64,000 bases of DNA from assembly GCA_964350735.1 (NCBI GenBank), contig CAYGKO010000001.1, forward strand, positions 115,339 to 179,338. The letters are read 5' to 3'. Position 1 is the first letter of the stretch, and each line of letters begins with the position of its first letter. The position numbers and the translations under genes were made by a program. The notes beneath the pieces are model-generated. The model did not search any database, had not been told where the DNA came from, and saw nothing but the letters and a program-made list of their open reading frames with translations. Positions 49,090 to 58,643 of the stretch are shown in pieces. This DNA comes from an uncultured Candidatus Saccharibacteria bacterium (lineage in GTDB: Bacteria > Patescibacteriota > Minisyncoccia > Phycocordibacterales > UBA918).

Positions 49090-49320
49090 TTAATTTTTTC
49101 TAGCAATTAAATAAATTAGATCTGTAAGTTTTCTGTCGCCAGTATAGGCGTCGATGTGCATTGGATCGGATTGTCGTAGAGAAAGAATTTCAAAATCTCG
49201 TAGCTCTTCGCCGAGTTCGTCTGTAGTTGTTGTACTTCTTTGCGGTTGACCCTCTACAGTCTCATCTGCTTCTCCGAAAAAAGTTGCTAGGAATATTCCT
49301 CCTGGTTTTAATCCAGAGTA
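49090..49320 (-). pseudogene. 3' remnant of a SAM-dependent methyltransferase gene (TehB-like C-terminus), no start codon
   Basis: Minus-strand frame encodes ...LKPGGIFLATFFGEADE...ELRDFEILSLRQ...LIYLIARKN*; an upstream in-frame stop is present and the N-terminal motifs are missing. Confidence 0.35.
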
Positions 49321-49377
49321 AATGCGTCCCAGGCTGCCGCCTTATTTTCTTCTGGTGATTCATTCATATTAATGTAT

Positions 49378-49743
49378 TCAATTTCGGCACACGGCTTCGA
49401 TATTATTTCCAGCAGGATCCAGTACAAATGCAGCGTAATAAGTTGGGCTGTAATCGGCACGGACGCCAGGGGTGCCGTGGTCAGTACCACCATTCGTCAG
49501 AGCAGCTGCATAGAATGCGTCGACCACTTCTCTACTTTCTACATCAAAACAGAGATGCAGATTACTTAGTCCGTTTGCCCGATTGTGAATATAGAGTCGG
49601 GTGCTACCGTTCTCTCCATAGCGCACATTGTTTTCTTCACCTCGACTGATTACTTCTAAATTAAGTAATGGAGTAATTGCATCATAAAACTCTTTACTGG
49701 TTGGTACGTCTTGTACCGGAATTCCAATGTGTCCTAGTTTCAT
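49378..49743 (-). CDS. Glyoxalase/bleomycin-resistance (VOC) family protein
   Basis: MKLGHIGIPVQDV...H...E pattern of VOC fold; 121 aa. Confidence 0.6.
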   Translation of the reverse strand: MKLGHIGIPVQDVPTSKEFYDAITPLLNLEVISRGEENNVRYGENGSTRLYIHNRANGLSNLHLCFDVESREVVDAFYAAALTNGGTDHGTPGVRADYSPTYYAAFVLDPAGNNIEAVCRN

Positions 49744-49779
49744 GATCTCAGCATACCGTATCTAGATAAATTTTCTAGA

Positions 49780-51297
49780 CTAGAGCTTCACTCGATATTG
49801 GAGGGCTTCAAAGACATGAGCTGCTTCGATTGTTTCCTTGTCGTCGAGGTCGGCGATGGTGCGGGCGACTTTGATGAGGCGGTGGTAACTGCGGGGGGAG
49901 AGGTTTAGTTTTTGACTGGAGGTTTTGAGGAGTTCTTGCACTTCGGGGGTGAGGGTGATGGTGGCTTCGAGTTCTCGAGCCGAAAGTTGGGCGTTGGTAG
50001 TGCTTGTGTGTGCTTGCAGACGATGAGCTTGGTGCTCGCGAGCGGCGAGGATTTGGTCGCGTGCTTTCTTAGTTTCTCCTTCGGTCGTGGTGGTGTTGGT
50101 AAGGGTTTCATAGTCAACGTGAGGTACCTCAAGCCACAGATCAATCCGGTCAAGGATTGGTCCAGAGACTTTTTGTTTGTAAGTATCTGCCATAGCGGCC
50201 GCGTAGTCGGTGGTACCGTCTTCACTGCCGCGATACGGGTTCATGGCTGCAACCAAAATAAAGTCGGCGGGAAATAGCGCACTTCCCTGTACTCGAGAGA
50301 TAGCGATTACGCGATCTTCCAGTGGTTGGCGCAGGGCATCGATGGAGCGACGTTCAAATTCAGGAAACTCATCCATAAATAACACTCCTTGGTGTGCGAG
50401 TGTAATCTCTCCGGGCCTGGGGTGTGCTCCGCCACCGACTAAGCTGGTATGACTGGCTGTGTGATGAGGCGCCCGAAACGGTGGACAAGAGCTGATACTG
50501 CCGCCGAGTTCCCCAGCGTATGAATGTATGCCGAGCACCTCAAGGGCTTCCTCGTGTGAAAGTGGCGGTAATATTCCCTGGAAGGCCCGGGCCAGCATGG
50601 TCTTGCCGGTCCCGGGTGGTCCCACCATAATGACGTTATGACGCCCAGCAGCAGCGATGACAAGTCCACGCTTCGCACTCTCCTGTCCTTTGATATCCTC
50701 GAGACTGATATGTGTGTCGATCCAACTATCAGGAATGATGGTATCAGTTTGAGCAGTAATTAATGCATGACTTTCTCGCTTGGTATCAAGGTGGTCGATC
50801 ACCGTTAGGAGTGAACTAGCTGGAGTAATGGTGATGCCAGTTACGAGGGCGGCTTCTTCAGCATTTTCATTTGGGACTACTACTTCGTTGAGGCCTGCAG
50901 CGCGGGCGGCTTGTACCGCTGGGAGCACTCCACGCACCGGTCGCAAGGTGCCGTCGAGTGCCAACTCACCTAAAAACGCTACATTTTTATCAGTGATGGT
51001 GATTTCTTCCGCTGCTTCGAGGTAGGCGAGCGCGATTGGTAGATCAAATAGGGGTCCTTCTTTTTTGATGTCGGCTGGTGCCAGAGAAATAACTATTTTG
51101 TGGTTGGTACTTTTAGGGGACTTGAAGCCGGAGTTTTTGATGGCTGCGCTCACTCGGTCTTTGGCCTCTTCAACGGCTTTACCAGCGAGTCCAACGATCG
51201 AAAACGAATGCAGACCTCGCGAGAGGTCTGCTTCAATCGTCACGACAGTGCCGGTTAGTACGCCAGGTTGTGCTGTAAGTACTCGCGCGACAGCCAT
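49780..51297 (-). CDS. comM: Mg-chelatase-like AAA+ ATPase YifB/ComM
   Basis: N-terminal Lon-like domain, GPPGTGKTMLA, LFMDEFPEF; 505 aa. Confidence 0.85.
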   Translation of the reverse strand: MAVARVLTAQPGVLTGTVVTIEADLSRGLHSFSIVGLAGKAVEEAKDRVSAAIKNSGFKSPKSTNHKIVISLAPADIKKEGPLFDLPIALAYLEAAEEITITDKNVAFLGELALDGTLRPVRGVLPAVQAARAAGLNEVVVPNENAEEAALVTGITITPASSLLTVIDHLDTKRESHALITAQTDTIIPDSWIDTHISLEDIKGQESAKRGLVIAAAGRHNVIMVGPPGTGKTMLARAFQGILPPLSHEEALEVLGIHSYAGELGGSISSCPPFRAPHHTASHTSLVGGGAHPRPGEITLAHQGVLFMDEFPEFERRSIDALRQPLEDRVIAISRVQGSALFPADFILVAAMNPYRGSEDGTTDYAAAMADTYKQKVSGPILDRIDLWLEVPHVDYETLTNTTTTEGETKKARDQILAAREHQAHRLQAHTSTTNAQLSARELEATITLTPEVQELLKTSSQKLNLSPRSYHRLIKVARTIADLDDKETIEAAHVFEALQYRVKL

Positions 51298-51305
51298 GAT
51301 TATAT

Positions 51306-51680
51306 TTATGCTGGGAGATCAGCTTCGTCGTTAATGTGTGCTTTACAGGTTCGTGCGGCAGGGTTGGCTGTCAGTCGATCTTCTTCAATGGCGTCGCCAG
51401 CAATTTCACAAATACCGTAGCTGCCATCGTCGAGCTTATTGAGCGCTCGCTTGATGTTGTTGAAGCGAGTTTCAAGTGCTGACAGGGTGGCTCGTTTTTC
51501 GGCCCAGTCTTCATTGCGGTCAGCGCCAACATTAGGATCAGCTTCGCTGGTGTCTACACCACTGGGAGTTGCTACCCAGTCACCAGTTTCTGGCTCGTGT
51601 ATACCAAGGGTGGCGAGTTCAGCGGTTATCTCAGCTTTCATTTCTTCTAAGCGAACTTTCATTGCGTTAGTATCAGTCAT
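51306..51680 (-). CDS. TraR/DksA-family protein (YteA-like, incomplete Cys4 finger)
   Basis: N-terminal coiled coil plus C-terminal ...GICEIAGDAIEEDRLTANPAARTCKAH; only 2 Cys. Confidence 0.45.
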   Translation of the reverse strand: MTDTNAMKVRLEEMKAEITAELATLGIHEPETGDWVATPSGVDTSEADPNVGADRNEDWAEKRATLSALETRFNNIKRALNKLDDGSYGICEIAGDAIEEDRLTANPAARTCKAHINDEADLPA

Positions 51681-51725
51681 ATTTCTTTGGCTTATAGCTA
51701 TACATACAAGTGTAGCATGAGTAAT

Positions 51726-53576
51726 TTAGCGCAATCGATCAGATAGTGTGATGAACGACTCGCGGGAGGTGGTGATCAACACGGTATTTCGATCAAGAAG
51801 TGAATACATGATTCGCTCATTCTTATTTTCATCGACTAACAGGCGTACATCTTTATTGTTGATGAGTGTATCAACAAAGAATGCTGGCCGCACCTGACTA
51901 GCTCCACGACTGGTTGGGTCAAATGATTCTCGAACAACTGGGCCAAAGAATGGACTAAGATCAGTACTCATAGTGGTTTCCCACCCAATCATGCCACTCA
52001 AGGTGGCGTCAAAAGAGTTGGTTTTAAGAATGATAAAACTATCAGTGACCAATGATCCAAATGTAATTTCCTCGATCGAACGACTGAAAGTGCCTGATAC
52101 TCCCGCTTCCATCGCTGCCAGAATCACTGGTGCAGTCGCTGGAATGTCACCGTCTTCACCGGGCACAACTGGGTAGAGCTGAATTAAACTAGCGGTAGAT
52201 TCTTGGGCAGCAACGGTAAGGGCGTTTATGAATTCAGATGAAAGAACAATAGGGATTTGTTGCTCCACTGGGATTGGTGATGGGATGGTAACGATTGCAA
52301 CGGTATCTGGAGTTCTTTGTCCAAATAATACAAAAGCTACGATAATACCAAGGATAATTGCAGCAATACCAATGATTATAATCAGCAACGTATTGTTTGA
52401 CTGGAGCGGTGCCGGAGTTGGTGCGTATTGCCGAGTTGGTAGAGGGGTTTCTGGCTCCGGGATGTGAGTCACTGGTTCCGGTTTGCGTATAGGTTGTGGA
52501 GGGGGTACGCTCTCTGCCGGAGTTGGGGCCGGAGTTGGGGCCGGAGTTGGGGCCGGAGTTGGGGCCGGAGTTGGGGCCGGAACAACTTCTGGAGTTAATT
52601 CAGGTTCTTGATCAGGTATGGTAATAACGGGTATTTCTGTAGAGGCGGCTGTCTGATCTGTGCTTGTTTCAGCATCAATTGAATGGCTCCAACTTGGGGT
52701 TGCTAGGGCTTCGGGTTTTTTGATAGTAAATCCACTCGAAGGAGTAGAGCGTTCCACTTGACGTAATCGGTCGGCCACTGATGCATGATCATCTTTTGGA
52801 GCGAGGTTTCCATTTTGGGCAGCAGCAGCGATAGTTTCTTTTCGAGTGTCTGATTTCGTAATAGTGCGCACCGGTGCTTTTGGAGTACGCAGCGCCGCAG
52901 TTTTATCAGTAAACCATTCAGCTAACGCGATTCCAATTGAACGAATGATCCCCGGCCGACTATACTTTTGGTCAGTAATGATACTTCCTTCTCGAGTTCC
53001 GGTATTTGCTTGATGAATATCAAAAATATCATCTTTAGTTGTTAAGATTGAATCTTTGTCAGCATCAGAGTGTAGGTCAGATTTTAGTACGGCTGCCGAA
53101 AGTGAAGCTGCATTATTATGTAGCGTCGGAGTTGGTGCGGACTTAGTTTTTATTACAGTAGGTACTATGGGAGACTTTTTTATACCAAAGACTCCAACAG
53201 ATGAGGTTTTTTGGCTATCTCTTGTATCTGAATTGAGAGTGGTTTCGCCTGGAGCACTATCTTGCAAGAAATGGAATGGCGGATTTTCTACTGCTGCTTC
53301 GTGAGTTGATTTTTTGGGCTCTACTGGAGCTATTAAAGCTGGGGGTTTGTTCGGTAGAATTTTAACAGGCGCTTTGATGGCTATATTTTCAGGCAGTGTT
53401 TCCAAAGCTTTGGCCGGAGGGACTGACTGTTGTTGTTTCGGTTGCAGTTTTTCGTGGACACGTTCAAAATCATCCGCATAAGTACGGAGTTTTACAATGT
53501 CTGTCGGCAACTTTTTATCGTCCATCTTGCTATTAGTATCGCATGTTTTTATTGTTTGCTTGAGTGATTCATACAC
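51726..53576 (-). CDS. Single-pass membrane protein with Pro/Thr/Ala-rich linker, unknown function
   Basis: 616 aa; (PAPT)n tract; TM segment LLIIIIGIAAIILGIIVAFVLF. Confidence 0.45.
   Translation of the reverse strand: MYESLKQTIKTCDTNSKMDDKKLPTDIVKLRTYADDFERVHEKLQPKQQQSVPPAKALETLPENIAIKAPVKILPNKPPALIAPVEPKKSTHEAAVENPPFHFLQDSAPGETTLNSDTRDSQKTSSVGVFGIKKSPIVPTVIKTKSAPTPTLHNNAASLSAAVLKSDLHSDADKDSILTTKDDIFDIHQANTGTREGSIITDQKYSRPGIIRSIGIALAEWFTDKTAALRTPKAPVRTITKSDTRKETIAAAAQNGNLAPKDDHASVADRLRQVERSTPSSGFTIKKPEALATPSWSHSIDAETSTDQTAASTEIPVITIPDQEPELTPEVVPAPTPAPTPAPTPAPTPAPTPAESVPPPQPIRKPEPVTHIPEPETPLPTRQYAPTPAPLQSNNTLLIIIIGIAAIILGIIVAFVLFGQRTPDTVAIVTIPSPIPVEQQIPIVLSSEFINALTVAAQESTASLIQLYPVVPGEDGDIPATAPVILAAMEAGVSGTFSRSIEEITFGSLVTDSFIILKTNSFDATLSGMIGWETTMSTDLSPFFGPVVRESFDPTSRGASQVRPAFFVDTLINNKDVRLLVDENKNERIMYSLLDRNTVLITTSRESFITLSDRLR
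52516..52575. repeat. Tandem repeat, 12-nt unit gccggagttggg x5 (encodes the PAPT repeats on the minus strand)
   Basis: Five exact consecutive copies. Confidence 0.9.
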
Positions 53577-53607
53577 AAAAGGCCCGACGGTTTGTGTCGG
53601 GCCTTTT
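53577..53607 (-). terminator. Intrinsic terminator downstream of pnp
   Basis: aaaaggcccgac-ggtttgt-gtcgggcctttt. Confidence 0.65.
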
Positions 53608-53622
53608 GGACTATTTTTCTCG

Positions 53623-55752
53623 TTACTCTTTCATTTCGGGGGCTTTGAAACCATTTTTTTCGGCCCAGGTTTCATCAACTTGCTTGATCGATAGACCAAC
53701 TTTCCCGTCTTCTACTTTAGACACTACAATTGGTACCACATCGCCTTCTGTAAGGACTCCGTCCAGTGACTCAACTCTAAATGGTGCAATTTCTGATATA
53801 TGGATTAACCCTTCATGTTGTTCATCCAGTCGAGCAAAGGCGCCAAAGTTTGTCACTTTGGTAATAACCACGTCCATCTTTTCACCGACGGTATACGTCT
53901 TGGTAAGTAGAGTAATTTTATCTGCCGCTAATTGAGAACTGCCGCCTTTTCCAGTAATGAAGATAGTCCCATCTTCTTCGATTGAAATTTCTTCCACCCC
54001 GGTATCATCTTTGATGCCATTAATAGTCTTGCCGCCGCCTCCGATCACGAGCCCAATTTGATCAGGATCAATTTTCATACTAATGATTTGTGGAGCCCGG
54101 TCTGAGATTTTGGCCCGAGGTTCGGAAATTGTCGCTTCGATTGTTTTCAAAATATGTAGTCGAGCAGTTTTCGCTTTTTCCAGTGCTTCTCCCAAGATGT
54201 GTACTGGTACACCATCCACTTTTACATCCATTTGAATGGCGGTAATTCCGACGGCAGTACCAGCCACTTTGAAGTCCATATCACCATGCTCATCTTCTGG
54301 CCCTTGGATATCAGTGAGTAAGGTGTATTTGTCGCCCTGCATCATCAATCCCGAAGCAATCCCAGCGACCGGTCTTGTGATCGGCACACCACCATCCATA
54401 AGAGCTAAGGTTGAGCCGCAGACAGAGCCCATTGAGCTCGATCCATTGCTCGACATGGTTTCTGAGACTAACCGGATAGTGTAGGGGAAGGTGTCTTTGT
54501 CTGGGATTACCGGTGCGATCGCTTTTTCTGCGAGGGCACCGTGTCCGATCATGCGACGATTAAAGCCCCCCACCCGTCCGGTCTCCCCAACTGAGAATGG
54601 TGGGAAGTTGTAGTGGTGGATGAAGCGTTTTTTAGTCTCACGTTCTTCCATAGTGTCGAGTAATTGAGCCGCTTCTGGTCCACCGAGCGTAAGGGCGGTA
54701 AAGATGTGCGTGCCCCCTCGATAGAAAATCCCGGAGCCATGTAGTACGGGAGACACATCACCAGCTTGAGCGTAGAGCTCTCGGACTTCATCCATACCGC
54801 GGCCATCAGCCCGAGCATTATCTTCCAGCGCCCCGCGGTGTAATTCTTCGTCTACTTTATCTTCAAAGAAAGCTCCGGCGTGGGTGCCGTCTGCCTCTTC
54901 AAGGGTAGCGACCGCTGCCAGGAACTCGTCTTTGAGGGCATGGATATGATCCTTCCCGGCTCGACTGGAGAAGACGGTTTCGGTTAGTTTAGCGGCGAAT
55001 TGTTCAGTAAAAAGTGTCGCAACTTCAGTTGGTACGTGTGGTGTTTCATACATCATTTTTGTTTTACCGATCTCAGCTATGATAGCTTTTTGCCACGCTT
55101 CAAGCTTTTGGTGTACGGTAACTGAGGCTTCTAAGATTGCGACCACGTCATCTTCACTTACTTCATGAGCGGCGGTTTCTACCATATTAATATTGCCATC
55201 TTTTCCGCAGGCCAAGACCTCAAATGAAAGGTTTCCTTCTTCACGGTCTAGGTATGATGGGTTGACGATGATGGCCCCATTATCTTTCTTTTGGCCAATC
55301 CGCACGGCACCGACTGGTCCCGCCCAAGGAATGTCAGAGACGGCCAGAGCGAGACTAGCTCCGATGACACCCAGTACATCAGGGTCATCTTCTCCCATAG
55401 CGAGCACGGTTGCGACGACTTGGATATCTTTGCGCATCGTTTGGTCAAACAGGGGTCGAATCGTACGATCGACGATCCGGGCTGAGAGTACTGCCTCATC
55501 GCTTGGTCGACCTTCCCGGCGCTGGAAGCGACTGCCGAGAATCTGTCCAGCAGCGTAGAACTTTTCTTCAAATTCTACTGACAAAGGAAAGTACGGTAGA
55601 TTATTTGGCCGACTACTCATGACCGCCGTAATAAGTACGGCCGTCTCTCCCATACGGAGTAAGACGGAGCCGTTGGCTTGACCGGTGAGGTCAGTAAAGT
55701 CGGCGGTAATAGTTTTGCCGGCAATATCAATTGAATATGATTTTTTCTGCAT
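53623..55752 (-). CDS. pnp: Polyribonucleotide nucleotidyltransferase (PNPase)
   Basis: Two RNase PH domains, KH (GGGGKTINGI) and S1 domains; 709 aa. Confidence 0.9.
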   Translation of the reverse strand: MQKKSYSIDIAGKTITADFTDLTGQANGSVLLRMGETAVLITAVMSSRPNNLPYFPLSVEFEEKFYAAGQILGSRFQRREGRPSDEAVLSARIVDRTIRPLFDQTMRKDIQVVATVLAMGEDDPDVLGVIGASLALAVSDIPWAGPVGAVRIGQKKDNGAIIVNPSYLDREEGNLSFEVLACGKDGNINMVETAAHEVSEDDVVAILEASVTVHQKLEAWQKAIIAEIGKTKMMYETPHVPTEVATLFTEQFAAKLTETVFSSRAGKDHIHALKDEFLAAVATLEEADGTHAGAFFEDKVDEELHRGALEDNARADGRGMDEVRELYAQAGDVSPVLHGSGIFYRGGTHIFTALTLGGPEAAQLLDTMEERETKKRFIHHYNFPPFSVGETGRVGGFNRRMIGHGALAEKAIAPVIPDKDTFPYTIRLVSETMSSNGSSSMGSVCGSTLALMDGGVPITRPVAGIASGLMMQGDKYTLLTDIQGPEDEHGDMDFKVAGTAVGITAIQMDVKVDGVPVHILGEALEKAKTARLHILKTIEATISEPRAKISDRAPQIISMKIDPDQIGLVIGGGGKTINGIKDDTGVEEISIEEDGTIFITGKGGSSQLAADKITLLTKTYTVGEKMDVVITKVTNFGAFARLDEQHEGLIHISEIAPFRVESLDGVLTEGDVVPIVVSKVEDGKVGLSIKQVDETWAEKNGFKAPEMKE

Positions 55753-55990
55753 GTGATTCTGATTTAACCAGCCCGAGACATGGCAGATTGCAACACTCGT
55801 ATATACGAGTTGTAACCTGGGAATGTCTCGAGCTAGATCTCTAATAACGTCTCACTTGAGGATACAGAACGGGCGGCCAAATCACAAGTGATGTAACTGC
55901 TGGTTCTCCACACACCTCACTATATTTGCATTTTTACTAAAATATGGTATAATATAAACAAGTAGTAACATACCTTAATGGAGGGGTGTA

Positions 55991-56242
55991 ATGGGTAAAC
56001 GTGAAAATCAATTCTTGCAGGCGCTAAAAGAAATGGCACCTGAAGAAATGGCCAGAGTTATCGAGGGTATTGTCGCTAACTTTATCCCGATTCTTTTTCT
56101 GGTAGGAGGCCTGGCCTACCTGGTCATTCAGTTTTGGGATTTCAGCATCTCAGCTTGGATGACTGACACAGTTCTTCAGGAGCTGAAAAGTCGCCAGGTT
56201 CCAGAGAGGGATTTGGGAAATATATTTGGTCAGACCGACTAA
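55991..56242 (+). CDS. Small hypothetical membrane protein
   Basis: 83 aa, one TM helix; terminator at 56266-56300. Confidence 0.3.
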   Translation: MGKRENQFLQALKEMAPEEMARVIEGIVANFIPILFLVGGLAYLVIQFWDFSISAWMTDTVLQELKSRQVPERDLGNIFGQTD

Positions 56243-56265
56243 GGTCTACCATCGTTCGCTAATGT

Positions 56266-56300
56266 GAGCGCTTTGACATCCGGTCTCAGCGCTCTTTTTT
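56266..56300 (+). terminator. Intrinsic terminator (gagcgct...agcgctc + T6)
   Basis: Stem followed by tttttt. Confidence 0.55.
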
Positions 56301-56370
56301 GCGTACTTATATATGAAATATAAAAGAAAACGGCGGGCCAAAAGGTCCGCCGCTCGTACCGTACGGATGT

Positions 56371-56601
56371 TTAACCGTACTTGCATTTAGACCGTTCTCG
56401 CAGGTGAGCGCGAGACGCTGCAAGAGCAGCGCGCTCTTCGTCTACGCTTATAAAGCGTCCTCCCCATAACCCTAAGTCTAGAATGTTCTTTAGACAATAG
56501 ATAATGCCTATAAGGCAGAGCGCGAAAAGCCCGATTTCAAGTAGGTTGATGAGGAAACTGATAAGCAGCGCCACATAGATTTTTTTCATTGATACCTCCA
56601 C
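56371..56601 (-). CDS. Small hypothetical membrane protein
   Basis: 76 aa, hydrophobic N-terminal half. Confidence 0.3.
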   Translation of the reverse strand: MEVSMKKIYVALLISFLINLLEIGLFALCLIGIIYCLKNILDLGLWGGRFISVDEERAALAASRAHLRERSKCKYG

Positions 56602-56639
56602 TGTTTCTTCACTAATGTATCAAACTGTACCCCTACCGT

Positions 56640-57278
56640 CTACAAGTCATCTGTATCCGTCCCAACCACCTTACTAATCTGTTGCTTTAGTCTAGCTTTG
56701 GTAGAGGTTGTTTTTTGACTACTGTCAATTTTGTTCGTTCGCTTTCCAGGGCTCTTACGAGCTCCCCCACCGCGGTAGCCAATTAAGTATTCGTTAGGGT
56801 CTTCATCAAGATCAATAAAGTCATCAACCGCAGCGCGCAGCGCCGAAGAGGCGCTGCGGCCGAAGGTGATCGCTTCTACTTGGCAGCCCATACTTTGGAT
56901 ATACTCCACACCAGGAATGAAGTCGCCATCACCAGTGGCGAAGACAATCGCGTCGACTTTATGAGCTAGTTTGATTGCGTCGACGACCATTCCCACGTCC
57001 CAGTCGGCTTTTTTTGCTCCCCCGTAGAATATCTGCAGGTCTTTAGTTTTAATCTCGATGCCGACTTTCTCAAGAGCTTCAAAAAAGGCGCTTTCGTCAC
57101 CACCTTCGGTGTTTACTACGTATGACATCGCGCGGATAAGCTTGCGGTCTTGCACCGCTTTAGCTACCACGTTGGCGAAGTTTACTTTTGATTTGTATAA
57201 GTTTTTAGCTGAGTGATACAGGTTTTGCGTATCAATGATCACCGCCACGCGTTGATCAGGGTGTCGAATTACTGACAT
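56640..57278 (-). CDS. NYN-domain (LabA/YacP-like) putative RNase
   Basis: VAVIIDTQNLYHSAKN...FATGDGDFIP conserved acidic residues of the NYN/PIN-like fold; placed between rpsO and pnp. Confidence 0.6.
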   Translation of the reverse strand: MSVIRHPDQRVAVIIDTQNLYHSAKNLYKSKVNFANVVAKAVQDRKLIRAMSYVVNTEGGDESAFFEALEKVGIEIKTKDLQIFYGGAKKADWDVGMVVDAIKLAHKVDAIVFATGDGDFIPGVEYIQSMGCQVEAITFGRSASSALRAAVDDFIDLDEDPNEYLIGYRGGGARKSPGKRTNKIDSSQKTTSTKARLKQQISKVVGTDTDDL

Positions 57279-57402
57279 ATGAATTTAAATATAAAAATTA
57301 GTTTGTTTTATTAAAAAAGTACCTTCTAGGGTAAGCATACCGCAAAACAGTAGAAAAGGAACAGTTAAAACAAAACCCGCAAACGCGGGAGTTGCTTATA
57401 AC

Positions 57403-57669
57403 TTAGCGCTTAAGGCCGAGTTTCTTGATGAGGCCTTGGTAGGCTTTAGCATCCTTTCGCTCGAGATACTTCAAGTGCTTACGTCGGTCCGCCACCATTT
57501 GGAGGAGTCCGCGACGTGAGTGGAAGTCTTTCGCGTTCTTTTTGAGGTGTGTTGATAGTTCGTTGATCTTCTTAGTTAGAAGGGCAACTTGTGATTCTGG
57601 CGAACCAGTATCACTATCGTGACGCTGAACGTCTTTCACCGCATTAGTTTTTTGTCGTTTGCTTAACAT
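57403..57669 (-). CDS. rpsO: 30S ribosomal protein S15
   Basis: 88 aa; DTGSPESQVALLTKKINELSTHLK...HSRRGLL signature. Confidence 0.9.
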   Translation of the reverse strand: MLSKRQKTNAVKDVQRHDSDTGSPESQVALLTKKINELSTHLKKNAKDFHSRRGLLQMVADRRKHLKYLERKDAKAYQGLIKKLGLKR

Positions 57670-57908
57670 TTTGTATTTGAAATGTGCGCTTATAAGTCTA
57701 GATACAACGTCTGGTTTGAAACCAAACGCGGCACTTACAAGGCACGTTAACCCGCGAAGGTAGATAAACTATAGCACATCTATAAAATATTTCAAGTTAT
57801 GTCGCAGGATGAGGGCTTTGTCAAAAGAAAAGGCGACCCCAGCGAGCAAAGCTCGACTGACAGGGTCGCCAGATGATTATTGAGTCGGTGTCCTCAATGT
57901 TGTGCATT

Positions 57909-58256
57909 TTATACACCGACTTGGCTGGATGTGTCACCAGCTACACCATGTACTGGCCATTCAAAATCCCGGTCGGGACCTTGTGCCGGGTCGTAGCAAA
58001 GTACAGCGCACTCAACTACCGTCCGACGAGTGGTCTTAAGCCGAGCCAAGAGCCCCCAGTGCATCGGATACAGGTACTGCAGCAGTGCCTTCTCCTCAGG
58101 ACTTAAAGGAACAAACGTGACAGACCGCAGCAGCTCCCGCTTTGGTGTCCATTCTGGCACTGCCAGGTGCCAATCACCAACGGTGCCATTTACCTGTGGC
58201 CAGACAACTCGTCTGCCCCAATGGCACAGTGGTAAACCGTTCTTGTTGGTAAACAT
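57909..58256 (-). CDS. Hypothetical Trp-rich 115-aa protein
   Basis: Strong SD (AAGGAGGTG 6 nt upstream of the ATG); GC-richer than its surroundings; structured upstream leader. Confidence 0.4.
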   Translation of the reverse strand: MFTNKNGLPLCHWGRRVVWPQVNGTVGDWHLAVPEWTPKRELLRSVTFVPLSPEEKALLQYLYPMHWGLLARLKTTRRTVVECAVLCYDPAQGPDRDFEWPVHGVAGDTSSQVGV

Positions 58257-58316
58257 CGTACACCTCCTTTCGTGGTGTTATTTGATAAAGTACTCTACGC
58301 TTCACTACTCAAAACA

Positions 58317-58345
58317 AAAGGACTCCCGCTTACGGGAGTCCTTTT
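58317..58345. terminator. Hairpin with flanking A/T runs in the leader region of the 57909-58256 gene
   Basis: aaaaggactcccgc-tta-cgggagtcctttt. Confidence 0.5.
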
Positions 58346-58643
58346 GCATCGAGGTGTGTCGTCTGACACTAACTACTCACAAAACCCTCCCGCTTGAAGC
58401 GAGTTAGTACGATGAGTACCGGGTTGTTGTGACTAAATGTCATTCCTCTGAGTATTACCCAGACTGCAAAATATGTAAAGTAAAAAGTGCAAAAATTGTC
58501 ATCAGTAAATAACATTTTATCTACGTCAATAGCGGCTTAGATACGATCGTATGTATGTTTTAGACTCATATTGTTAATAAAAACAAACGATTTTACTAGA
58601 TTTTTTTAGTTTGATAATGTTATACTATTCTTAGTAATTTGCC

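Noticed and set aside
58030-58407. 125-aa plus-strand ORF overlapping the 57909-58256 gene
   Set aside because: The minus-strand gene has a perfect SD; the plus ORF lacks one and crosses the leader hairpins.
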